A DNA stretch of 64,000 nt, from contig CAVPGK010000014.1 in the NCBI GenBank assembly GCA_963703955.1, forward strand, positions 47,048 through 111,047, given 5' to 3'. How positions within the stretch are numbered: position 1 is the first letter of the stretch; each line of letters starts with the position of its first letter. Source of the stretch: Nitrospirota bacterium (GTDB taxonomy: Bacteria > Nitrospirota > Nitrospiria > Nitrospirales > Nitrospiraceae). Of this stretch, positions 8,509 through 17,527 are shown in pieces. Made by a program: the position numbers and the translations under genes. The notes beneath the pieces were generated by a model. That model worked only from the letters and a program-made list of their open reading frames with translations, did not search any database and was not told where the DNA came from.

Positions 8509-10878
8509 ATGGGCCCACGCCCCTGGTTGGTGACCCGACCATTCGTTTTTCTGGCTTTCCTTCTTTGGTTGACTGGAATTCCCCTAGGTTTTGCCGCGCC
8601 GCAGGAGGCACCACCGGCCGTCTCAGTCAAACCACCCGCTCCCTCCGCGCAGCCGATTCAAATTACCGCCGAACACCTGGAGTATCTTCAAAACGTCGAT
8701 GTGTATGAGGCGGACGGCTCCGTCGTGGTCGTCCAAGGGCCGGTCCGGCTGACGGCCGACCATATCACGCTGATGATGCTGACGGGGACGATGGTCGCGA
8801 CCGGACAGGTCCACCTGACGGATCCTACGAGCGACCTGCACGCGGAGCGTTTAGAGCTGGATGTCAATACCGACAGCGGGGTGGTGACCAACGGGAAGCT
8901 GTATATCAAGCAAAGCAACACTCTGATCACCGGCCGCATCCTGCAACGATTTTCGGAAAATCACTATCGGGCAAAAGACGGTTCCTTCACAAATTGCGAT
9001 GCGCAGGAGGGACAGATTCCGGCCTGGCGTTTCACGTTTGAGGATTTCGACCTCAACGTGGGGGAAGGGGTGTATGGAAGGAAAGTCTGGTTTTGCGTCA
9101 ACGACAAGCCTCTGATCCGGCTGCCCTCGATGTTCTATCCGATCCAGACTGCCCGCAAGACCGGATGGCTAATCCCGACGGCTGGGTACGACAACCGCTT
9201 TGGGCTGACGTATCGACAAAGCTTTTTCTGGGCGATCAATCCGCACCAAGACGCGATCATCTCTCCCAACTTCTTGAGCAATCGAGGGTATGGCGCCGAT
9301 CTCGAGTATCGCTACGTCCTGAATCGGTTGTCCCGAGGCGAATGGCTGTTAAGTTTCCTTCAAGACACCAAAGAAAGCAAACCTCTCTTCTTGATGAGCG
9401 GACTCCATCGGCAGCAAGTGAACCCCGATCTCAGCATTAATGCGCGAGCGTTCCTGCTTTCCGATACGGATTACTTGAAGAACCTCAGCAACTCAGGCGT
9501 CCAGCGAGCGCTTCCAAGCGGCGATACATTTCTGAATGTCAATCAGCGCTTTACGAACGGCAATCTCTATCTGCTGGGGCAATTCCTGCAGCCGATAAAC
9601 GCCGGGGGAAAAGACAGCTTCCAGCGACTGCCCGAGATCGGGCACAGCCTCGTCAACGTCGCGCCGTTGAATGGACCCGTCCTGCTTGGAATGGATACAA
9701 CGGTGATGAACTGGGGCAGGGAGGAAGGGTTCAGTTTTCAGCGGGTGGATCTCGTGCCGTCTCTGTCGACGGATGTGCTCAGTGTCGGTCATGTGGTGGG
9801 TGTCAGACCCCAAGTGCGGTTGCGAGAGGTCTTTTACACAAGGGGCGTGACCGGAGACGAATCGGTCAACCGGGTAACCTTTTGGGGCGCGCTTCAAGCC
9901 GATTCACGGCTGACTCGACGTTTCACGATCGGTGAAAACCGGAGCCTAATGCATACGATCGAGCCGCGCGTGATCTATGAATTTGTTCCCGCGACGAACC
10001 AATCGGATATCATTCAGGTCGATGCCGTCGATAACCTTCCGTACAAGAACTTGATCACCTATTCACTCACGAGCCGATTGTTCGAGCAGAAAGCCTCCGC
10101 GACGCTCAACAGCTGGATGGATCTGACGATTGCGCAGAGTTACCATGTGGGTAGGACGCAGAGCCAAGCCGTTGATTTTTTCTTCGCTGGGAATCCGCTT
10201 TTCGGGTCGGAAACTCAACCATTACAGCCTCCCACCGTGGGCGTGGACGGGACCAAGTTTTCGAATATTTGGACCCGGGCGGTGATCGGCAATCCTGTGA
10301 ACATCATAAGGGCGATCGATCACGTGCTGACGATCGACGCATTCTACGACCCCTATGGAGGAGGATTCAGCCAATTCAATGCCGATCTCCGGTTCCAGCA
10401 TGGGAAGGAGTGGTATGTGGAGGTGGGGGAACGGCACACGAGAGCAGGAAATCGCCCTCAGCGGGGCGATATCTGGAATCCCTATTCGTTCGGTGATGTG
10501 TTCGCGCCCACCCCTGAAATAACCTTCGTCACACTGTCCGCCGCCTTCAAAGGCCCGTTCGGCCTGATCTTCGGGGCGAGAACCTACTACGACTTCCAGA
10601 ACGGAAATAGCCCGGAAACCGATGTCGTCGCTCTCTACCGGAATCCCTGCCAATGCTGGTCCGTGGGGTTCTACTATATTCAGTTCCCCGACCGGGTGAA
10701 CTACAATTTTATGGTCAGCCTGACGGGCATCGGCGCGACGCAGAATTTCGGAACGGAAATCATGAGGTATCTGCTCTATCCGCTGACGTACGGAGAGCGA
10801 GGGCTGCCGTGGGCTTCTCCCTACGGCGCGAGGACGACACCGACCCCGGCGGCCTCGCAACCTCTTGGCCTCCCTTGA
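8509..10878 (+). CDS. lptD: LPS-assembly outer-membrane protein LptD
   Basis: Signal peptide, OstA-like N-domain (QITAEHLEY), FTNC..PAWR, RKTGWLIP, QRLPEI, HTIEPRV, C-terminal CQCW; follows folC. Confidence 0.85.
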   Translation: MGPRPWLVTRPFVFLAFLLWLTGIPLGFAAPQEAPPAVSVKPPAPSAQPIQITAEHLEYLQNVDVYEADGSVVVVQGPVRLTADHITLMMLTGTMVATGQVHLTDPTSDLHAERLELDVNTDSGVVTNGKLYIKQSNTLITGRILQRFSENHYRAKDGSFTNCDAQEGQIPAWRFTFEDFDLNVGEGVYGRKVWFCVNDKPLIRLPSMFYPIQTARKTGWLIPTAGYDNRFGLTYRQSFFWAINPHQDAIISPNFLSNRGYGADLEYRYVLNRLSRGEWLLSFLQDTKESKPLFLMSGLHRQQVNPDLSINARAFLLSDTDYLKNLSNSGVQRALPSGDTFLNVNQRFTNGNLYLLGQFLQPINAGGKDSFQRLPEIGHSLVNVAPLNGPVLLGMDTTVMNWGREEGFSFQRVDLVPSLSTDVLSVGHVVGVRPQVRLREVFYTRGVTGDESVNRVTFWGALQADSRLTRRFTIGENRSLMHTIEPRVIYEFVPATNQSDIIQVDAVDNLPYKNLITYSLTSRLFEQKASATLNSWMDLTIAQSYHVGRTQSQAVDFFFAGNPLFGSETQPLQPPTVGVDGTKFSNIWTRAVIGNPVNIIRAIDHVLTIDAFYDPYGGGFSQFNADLRFQHGKEWYVEVGERHTRAGNRPQRGDIWNPYSFGDVFAPTPEITFVTLSAAFKGPFGLIFGARTYYDFQNGNSPETDVVALYRNPCQCWSVGFYYIQFPDRVNYNFMVSLTGIGATQNFGTEIMRYLLYPLTYGERGLPWASPYGARTTPTPAASQPLGLP

Positions 10879-10973
10879 CAATGACGGGACCGGCCTGAAT
10901 AATCCGGCGAGTCCCCTGGCTGGGCGAAACTTTCACAAATCCTCTGACTGTCGCTCGAAAGGATTAAGAGGCT

Positions 10974-13187
10974 ATGACTCACAAGAAGGATCAAGGGTTC
11001 TCCGTCAAAGACGTCATCCGCGTCAAGGATCAATTCTATATTCTCGCTAGCTCCTCACTGGCGGATGCTCGAACCCGAGTATTGAAGCAGGGCGAAACCT
11101 TTGCCGTCTTTGATCGTCACGGGGATGTCGGGCCGGTCGGGCTCGGGGTGCAGGGATTGTATCATGAGGGCACGAGGTTTTTGTCGAGGCTGGAATTGAG
11201 GCTGGGGAATGACCGGCCCATGCTCCTAAGCTCGACGGTAACGGACGACAACATGCTGCTCACGGTGGACCTCACCAATCAGGATGTGTATGACAACGGC
11301 GAAATCAGCGTCTGTCGTGGAACCGTGCATCTGTCCCGCTCGATGTTCCTCTGGCAGGGACGGTGCTACGAGTGTCTTCGAATATGGAATTATGGCCTTA
11401 TGTCCCTCGATCTGTCGTTTTCCTTTCAGTTTGAAGCGGACTTTGCCGATATCTTCGAGGTGCGAGGCCTGAAACGGAAGCAGAGGGGTAGACGCCTCGA
11501 TCCCGTCGTGGAAAACGGAAGCATCGTCATGGCTTATGAAGGATTGGACGGAATCACGCGTCGGAGTCGGCTCGAATGCTCTCCGGCACCACAGAGGGTT
11601 TCAGGAGCCTCCGCCCACTTTGAGACCCGGCTTCCGCAGAAAGGGGAGACGACCGTCTTTCTGACCGTCTCGTGCGAGGTCCAGGAGACCTCACATCCCC
11701 GTCTTTCCTACTCGGACGCCCTTGTGGAAGCACGTAAGGCAAGCAGCGAGGTCTGGGGCCAGGACAGCCATATCTATACCTCCAACGAAGGATTCAATGA
11801 TTGGCTGAATCGATCCGTCGCTGATCTCCATATGATGGTAACCATGACTTCGGAGGGCCCGTATCCCTATGCGGGCGTCCCGTGGTTCAGCACGCCTTTC
11901 GGTCGAGACGGCTTGATTACCGCGATGGCCTCCCTTTGGATCAACCCGAGCATTGCTCGCGGGGTCCTGGCATATCTCGCCGCAACGCAGGCCAAGGACG
12001 TGGCGCCGGAGCAGGATGCCGAACCCGGTAAGATCCTGCATGAAACGCGGTGCGGCGAAATGGCGGCGTTGGCGGAGATTCCTTTCGGTCGCTATTACGG
12101 CAGCGTCGATGCGGTGCCGCTCTTTGTCATCTTGGCGGGGGAGTATTATCATCTGACCGGAGACCTCGCGTTTATCCGATCGATTTGGCCGAGCATCGAG
12201 CTTGCCTTGCAGTGGATGGAGACATACGGCGATGCGGATCACGATGGCTTTGTGGAGTATGCCAGGCAGTCTCCTCAAGGACTTGTTCAGCAAGGCTGGA
12301 AGGATTCGAAAGACTCCGTCTTCCATGCCGACGGGACATTGGCAGAAGGTCCCATCGCCTTGTGCGAAGTGCAGGCGTACGTGTACGGAGCCAGGATCAT
12401 GGCCGCCCACATGGCCGTGTCGCTCGGTCTTGGGGAGCGAGCGGATGCCTTCCTGGACCGCGCCGAGAACCTGCGACAGCGATTTGAGCAGACCTTTTGG
12501 AGTGAGGAACTCTCTACCTACGTCCTGGCTCTGGACGGAAAGAAACAGCCCTGTCGCGTTCGGACGTCGAATGCGGGACATTGTCTGTTGACGGGGATCG
12601 CGGATGGGGAGCGCGCTCGACGCATGGCTGAGGTGCTTATGCAGGATGATTCCTTTTCCGGATGGGGAATCAGAACTCTCGCCGCGTCCGAGGTTCGGTA
12701 CAATCCGATGTCCTATCATAACGGCTCCGTGTGGCCTCACGATAATGCGTTGATTGCAGCAGGATTCGCCCGCTACGGACTCAAGCAGCCTGTGCTGAAG
12801 ATCTTGACGGGCCTATTTGATGCATCGTTGTTTTTGGACCTTCGTCGGTTGCCTGAACTCTTCTGTGGATTCGTACGACGGCCCAGCGAAGGTCCAACGC
12901 TCTACCCCGTCGCCTGCTCCCCTCAGGCCTGGGCGGCCGCCTCAGCGTTTCACCTCCTTCAAGCCTGTCTGGGCCTTTCCATTGATGGAGCGACCGGACG
13001 ACTGACCTTGACCAACCCGATCTTACCGGAGTTTCTTGAAGAGGTGCGGATCAGCAACCTCAAGGTCGGAAAGGCCAAGGTGGATTTGCTGTTCCAACGC
13101 TATCCGCAGGACATAAGTGTCCGTGTCCTTCGAATGGACGGACAGGTCGTCATCGAAAAGACCGGTATCGGGTCGTCATCCCTCTAG
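10974..13187 (+). CDS. Amylo-alpha-1,6-glucosidase / glycogen debranching enzyme family
   Basis: AGVPWFSTPFGRDGL, EPGKILHE, YYGSVDA, QGWKDS, YNPMSYHNGSVWPHDN, RLPELFCG, ACSPQAWA. Confidence 0.92.
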   Translation: MTHKKDQGFSVKDVIRVKDQFYILASSSLADARTRVLKQGETFAVFDRHGDVGPVGLGVQGLYHEGTRFLSRLELRLGNDRPMLLSSTVTDDNMLLTVDLTNQDVYDNGEISVCRGTVHLSRSMFLWQGRCYECLRIWNYGLMSLDLSFSFQFEADFADIFEVRGLKRKQRGRRLDPVVENGSIVMAYEGLDGITRRSRLECSPAPQRVSGASAHFETRLPQKGETTVFLTVSCEVQETSHPRLSYSDALVEARKASSEVWGQDSHIYTSNEGFNDWLNRSVADLHMMVTMTSEGPYPYAGVPWFSTPFGRDGLITAMASLWINPSIARGVLAYLAATQAKDVAPEQDAEPGKILHETRCGEMAALAEIPFGRYYGSVDAVPLFVILAGEYYHLTGDLAFIRSIWPSIELALQWMETYGDADHDGFVEYARQSPQGLVQQGWKDSKDSVFHADGTLAEGPIALCEVQAYVYGARIMAAHMAVSLGLGERADAFLDRAENLRQRFEQTFWSEELSTYVLALDGKKQPCRVRTSNAGHCLLTGIADGERARRMAEVLMQDDSFSGWGIRTLAASEVRYNPMSYHNGSVWPHDNALIAAGFARYGLKQPVLKILTGLFDASLFLDLRRLPELFCGFVRRPSEGPTLYPVACSPQAWAAASAFHLLQACLGLSIDGATGRLTLTNPILPEFLEEVRISNLKVGKAKVDLLFQRYPQDISVRVLRMDGQVVIEKTGIGSSSL

Positions 13188-13230
13188 CTCTTCTCGCTCT
13201 GTGTCGATCTCCATGCCAGAGGAGGTCTCA

Positions 13231-13758
13231 ATGAAATGGCTCATCCCGCCCGCGCTTCTTCTCATCACGTGTACGCAATGCGTAGGTCTTGGTCGGGTGG
13301 ATGCGGCCCCAGCAGCCGAGGGGACGCGGGATCATCTCAAGAGAGCCAAGGTCTTTCTGGCAGCAGGCGATTACCGCCGCGCGTTGGAAGCCTGTCAGAA
13401 AGAAGTGGAAGAGGCGCCTTCAGCGGCCAGCTACGTGTATCTGACCTATGTCTTTCAAGCGATCGACGGCTATCTGGATCATTTGGCGACCGCCGATCGT
13501 TGGGTGGGCGTGGAACAGCTCTACTGGAACTTGATCTCTCAAGGACCCCAGGATCTGACCGATCCCCCGGATGTCTTGGCACGGATTGCCAAAGAAATCA
13601 TTCAGGAGAGTTCCCGGAAACAGTCCGACGTGACGGCGGCGATGGCCGCGCGGCTGGATGCATCCGAGGTGACACGTCTCTGGAAGCAGCAGACGGCCTG
13701 GCGCAGCGAACGCCCTGTCGGCTGGTGGGCGGGCGTGCCCGCCGAGTGGGGGTGGTGA
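13231..13758 (+). CDS. Exported hypothetical protein with a TPR-like helix pair
   Basis: GAGGAGG RBS; signal-like MKWLIPPALLL; HLKRAKVFLAAGDYRRALEAC TPR-like segment. Confidence 0.7.
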   Translation: MKWLIPPALLLITCTQCVGLGRVDAAPAAEGTRDHLKRAKVFLAAGDYRRALEACQKEVEEAPSAASYVYLTYVFQAIDGYLDHLATADRWVGVEQLYWNLISQGPQDLTDPPDVLARIAKEIIQESSRKQSDVTAAMAARLDASEVTRLWKQQTAWRSERPVGWWAGVPAEWGW

Positions 13759-13864
13759 AGCTGAGAGGGGTAGACGGACTGCCCTTTGTGCTCACGCAGC
13801 GCGCACGATCAGAATGTGCTCGCTGGACGCGCGCAGTAAAGGGCAGTCCGTCCACCCTCTAGCT
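13759..13864. repeat. MITE/REP-like inverted-repeat element
   Basis: Perfect 15-bp IR GACGGACTGCCCTTT (13773-13787) / AAAGGGCAGTCCGTC (13838-13852), extendable to ~23 bp with mismatches; AGCT on both flanks; internal repeated TGTGCTC..CGCGCA. Confidence 0.75.
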
Positions 13865-13916
13865 ATTTTGCTGGGTTAAAAAGAACTGAGCTGACCCCGT
13901 CAATAAGGGAGGGCAT

Positions 13917-14090
13917 ATGACCTTCAAAGACTTCATGAGCCCGGCTTTAAAAGACTTTGAGAAACATTTAAAACAACAGAGGATGACGGCCAACACGGTC
14001 GACAGTCGGATGAGAGGAGCTAGGGAATTTGCTCGGCATGTTTCTGGCGACCCTCATCTCTATGGCGAGCGCACGAAGGATAGTATTTGA
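13917..14090 (+). CDS. 57-aa small protein resembling an integrase N-terminal SAM-like helical domain
   Basis: Strong RBS AAGGGAGG; MTFKDFMSPALKDFEKHLKQQRMTANTVDSRMRGAREFARHVSGDPHLYGERTKDSI; below the ORF-track size cutoff. Confidence 0.55.
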   Translation: MTFKDFMSPALKDFEKHLKQQRMTANTVDSRMRGAREFARHVSGDPHLYGERTKDSI

Positions 14091-14116
14091 CTGAAGAGAC
14101 CACGGGCGCCGCTAGG

Positions 14117-14146
14117 TTGACAGTTTCGAGAGGCGTGGGTTACGAT
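14117..14146 (+). promoter_or_regulatory. Sigma70-type promoter of trxA
   Basis: TTGACA (14117-14122), 18 nt spacer, TACGAT (14141-14146). Confidence 0.55.
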
Positions 14147-14174
14147 GACTGATAGTTTAGTGAAGGAGGTCAGA

Positions 14175-14522
14175 GTGGGTACACTGGCAATGAAAGTTGA
14201 CGAAAGCAGCTGGGACGCTGAGGTACTGGGGGCGTCCGGTTTGGTGATGGTGGATTTTTGGGCGGTCTGGTGCGGTCCTTGTCAAATGGTCGCGCCGATT
14301 GTCGATGAGTTGGCCGGCGAATACGCAGGCAAGCTCAAGGTGATGAAACTCAACACCGATGAAAATCCAGAAATTGCGGGTCGCTATCAGGTGATGAGTA
14401 TTCCAACCATTGTCTTTTTCAAGAATGGACAGCCGGCCGAGAAGTTGATCGGAGCCAGGCCGAAGCGGCAATTTAAGGAAGTCATCGACACCCTACTCAC
14501 GCAATCCTCCGCAAACGCATAA
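14175..14522 (+). CDS. trxA: Thioredoxin
   Basis: [27 protein letters not shown] before GTG 14175. Confidence 0.96.
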   Translation: MGTLAMKVDESSWDAEVLGASGLVMVDFWAVWCGPCQMVAPIVDELAGEYAGKLKVMKLNTDENPEIAGRYQVMSIPTIVFFKNGQPAEKLIGARPKRQFKEVIDTLLTQSSANA

Positions 14523-14625
14523 CCGACTGGAGTCGGCGGTCGAGGGACGCATCAGGAGAGAAACGTGGGCGCAGGCGTTTCCATTCTGGCACGCATCGTC
14601 AGTCGCTGATGGTTCATCGCGTGGC

Positions 14626-16317
14626 ATGCTCACCGAGCTCCGCATTTCCAACTTCGCTGTTATCGACCGTCTCGGGCTGAATTTCTCATCTGGATTTCAC
14701 GTCTTAACCGGGGAAACCGGTGCCGGTAAGTCGATTCTTGTCGATGCTATCGCGCTGCTGATCGGCGGACGAGGATCGGTGGATCAGATTCGGTCCGATG
14801 CCGATGAGGCTGTGCTAGAAGCCTCATTCGCGATTCCCGCCGAAGGGCCGGTCGCCGATCGGTTTCGGACTCTTGACCTCCTGGAACCCGGTGCGACGGA
14901 ACTCATCATCCGTCGAATCTTGTCGCGAACCGGTCGCCACCGGATTTACGTCAATGGAGTGCTGACCCCCCTCCATGCTCTTGAACATCTCGCCGGGACC
15001 CTCGTCGACATTCACGGACAGCATGAACAACAATCCTTGCTCTCCTCGCAAGCGCAGATGAATGCCGTAGATGCGTTCGGCCATCTGAGCGGTCTCCGAC
15101 AAGACTATGCCGAACAGTTTGCCCGTTGGCATGCCCGACGACGTGAACTGGAGGAGGCTGAGCGTCTCGCCGTAGACCAGGCCGCTCGCGAAGAGCTGCT
15201 TCACTTCCAGTATCGAGAGCTTGAAGGGGCTGACCTGCGCCCCGGTGAGGAGGAGATGCTCGCCGCAGAGCGGGACCGGCTGGCCCACGCTCGCCGTCTT
15301 GCCGAACTTCAGCATGAGGCCTACGAGTTGCTGTATGACAGCGATACATCGATTCTGGGACGATTGGGAATCGTCGCCGATCGGCTGCGAGAATTTGAAA
15401 AAATCGACCCCCAGACCAGAGAATGGATGGAACTCTCTAACGGGGCCACCGCGCACCTTCAGGAACTGGCTCAGCAACTCCGGTCCTATCGTGAACGTTT
15501 TGATGAAGATCCGGATCGATTGGGTCATATCGAAGAGCGTCTCGATCGACTCCAACGCCTCCGCAAGAAGTATGGTGGAACCATCGATTCCCTATTATCC
15601 CGAGCACGGGATCTCAAACGACAGATTGATGACTTGGCTGAGGTGGAGACAAGGACGGCTGACCTGCGTCTCGCCGTCGAGCAGAATTGGCGTCGGGTGC
15701 AAGAACTCGCCCAACGACTGTCGGACCGTCGTCGGATAGTGGCCCGCGAAATGGAAGCGCAGGTCGAAGCGGAACTGGCTGCGCTGCGCATGGATCATAC
15801 CCAATTCCGAATCACGGTTCGAACGGGTACTGAAGAGGTCGAGCTTGGTCCGACCGGACGGGATCATATTGAGTACCTTCTTTCGGCCAACCAAGGGGAG
15901 CCTCTCCAGCCTCTGGCTCGTGTGGCGTCGGGCGGGGAACTCTCTCGGGTGATGCTTGCCATCAAGACGGTCCTTGCCGAAACCGATAGGGTACCGGTGC
16001 TCATTTTCGATGAGGTGGACGCCGGGATCGGCGGTGCCGTGGCGGCAGTCATGGGGCGGAGACTTCGGGCCCTATCCGGCTATCACCAGGTGTTTTGCCT
16101 GACACACCTCCCGCAAATTGCTTCTCAGGCCGGGGCGCATTTTCGCGTACACAAAACGTTAGTCAAAAAGCGAACGGTCACCCGCGTCATTCACCTTGAT
16201 TCCGATGGTAGAAGGGATGAAATCGCTCGCATGCTAGGCGGCCTGGCTATTACCAAAGCGGTACGGGACACTGCAGCAGAGATGATCGAAGAGGCAGAAC
16301 GGCACTGTTCACGATAA
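14626..16317 (+). CDS. recN: DNA repair protein RecN
   Basis: LTGETGAGKS Walker A, IHGQHEQ, VASGGELSR, IFDEVDAGIGG, THLPQIA. Confidence 0.98.
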   Translation: MLTELRISNFAVIDRLGLNFSSGFHVLTGETGAGKSILVDAIALLIGGRGSVDQIRSDADEAVLEASFAIPAEGPVADRFRTLDLLEPGATELIIRRILSRTGRHRIYVNGVLTPLHALEHLAGTLVDIHGQHEQQSLLSSQAQMNAVDAFGHLSGLRQDYAEQFARWHARRRELEEAERLAVDQAAREELLHFQYRELEGADLRPGEEEMLAAERDRLAHARRLAELQHEAYELLYDSDTSILGRLGIVADRLREFEKIDPQTREWMELSNGATAHLQELAQQLRSYRERFDEDPDRLGHIEERLDRLQRLRKKYGGTIDSLLSRARDLKRQIDDLAEVETRTADLRLAVEQNWRRVQELAQRLSDRRRIVAREMEAQVEAELAALRMDHTQFRITVRTGTEEVELGPTGRDHIEYLLSANQGEPLQPLARVASGGELSRVMLAIKTVLAETDRVPVLIFDEVDAGIGGAVAAVMGRRLRALSGYHQVFCLTHLPQIASQAGAHFRVHKTLVKKRTVTRVIHLDSDGRRDEIARMLGGLAITKAVRDTAAEMIEEAERHCSR

Positions 16318-16481
16318 AGTATCTGGAGCTCAATGCAGGAGTCTCGTGTTCCGTACCATCTACGGTCGTGGCCACCGATCGGTCGCGGTAAGAGGCCCTG
16401 TGCGCGTCAGCCTGGCCCATGCGTGACCGTGCCCAGGTGGATTCTCGTGCATTCCTTGGTCTCAGGGGCCTGATTGAAGGA

Positions 16482-17198
16482 ATGGGGATGATCCGGGTAG
16501 AGAGCAGACAGGGACTCGCGATATTCGGTGTGGTATGCGTTGTTCTTTTCATAGTGGGTCCGTCGGTGCTGGCGCAAACACCGAGCTCGTCCGACTCGAA
16601 ACCTTCGAACCCCACGAAAGGGACGGAGATCGACGGAGAAAAACACTCTCCCGAAAAGTTGGAGAAGGACTCCCTCATCGTTACGTCTGAATACTACATT
16701 GGTCCAGAGGATGTGCTGGAGATCATCGTATGGAGGAACGCGGACCTTTCCAAAGTCGTAACGGTCCGACCTGACGGGCGTATCTCCTTGCCGCTGCTCG
16801 GTGACATTGAGGCCACGGGGCTCACTCCTGCAGAATTGACGGCCAGTATCGTCGGCCGCCTGAAGCAGTTCAAAGAAACGCCAACCGTGTCTGTTCTCCT
16901 CCAACAGGTCAATAGCTACGGAATTTATGTCTTGGGCGAAGTCACCAAACCTAACCGCTATTTTCTGAAGAGCAAAACTACGCTCATCCAAGCGATCACC
17001 ATCGCGGGAGGATTCACCCCCATCGCCGCGCGAAACAAGATCGTGATCTTCCGATGGGGAGAAGGTAAAAACAACGAGATCAAGTTGAAAGCGAGCTACG
17101 ACGACATCGTGTTAAAGGACGGAACCCAACAGAATATTATTTTGAAGCCGGGAGATACGATCGTCGTGCCGGCTGAAACCATGGTGCTCACGCAATAA
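16482..17198 (+). CDS. Short OPX/Wza-family polysaccharide export protein (Poly_export + SLBB)
   Basis: YYIGPEDVLEI.VW, VRPDGRISLPLLGDI.A.GLT, IYVLGEV..P, AITIAGGFT, LKPGDTIVVP. Confidence 0.9.
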   Translation: MGMIRVESRQGLAIFGVVCVVLFIVGPSVLAQTPSSSDSKPSNPTKGTEIDGEKHSPEKLEKDSLIVTSEYYIGPEDVLEIIVWRNADLSKVVTVRPDGRISLPLLGDIEATGLTPAELTASIVGRLKQFKETPTVSVLLQQVNSYGIYVLGEVTKPNRYFLKSKTTLIQAITIAGGFTPIAARNKIVIFRWGEGKNNEIKLKASYDDIVLKDGTQQNIILKPGDTIVVPAETMVLTQ

Positions 17199-17527
17199 GA
17201 CCGGCGCTGGAACCAGCTCAGGCGAGTGACGATCCGCATGAATACAGCCAAGGGATTCTAACAGGGTGACTTCCGTGACGCTGACCTCTTCTCCACGTGT
17301 AGGATTGTGCGACCTGCACGGGTAGAATGAATCGAAACAGCCTTACGGGGTGGGATGATCGGCTCAGTGCACCCTTCACAATTTACACAAGCATGTTGAC
17401 ATCGCCGGATGTTGTGGGCCTATTGCTTCTATAGGCAGATACCCCTATGATGGCTATGCCCGCGGAACACCAGTATTGACGGGTTCCCGTTTGCAGGTGC
17501 ATTCTGGGTGGCACGGAAACGATCGCC

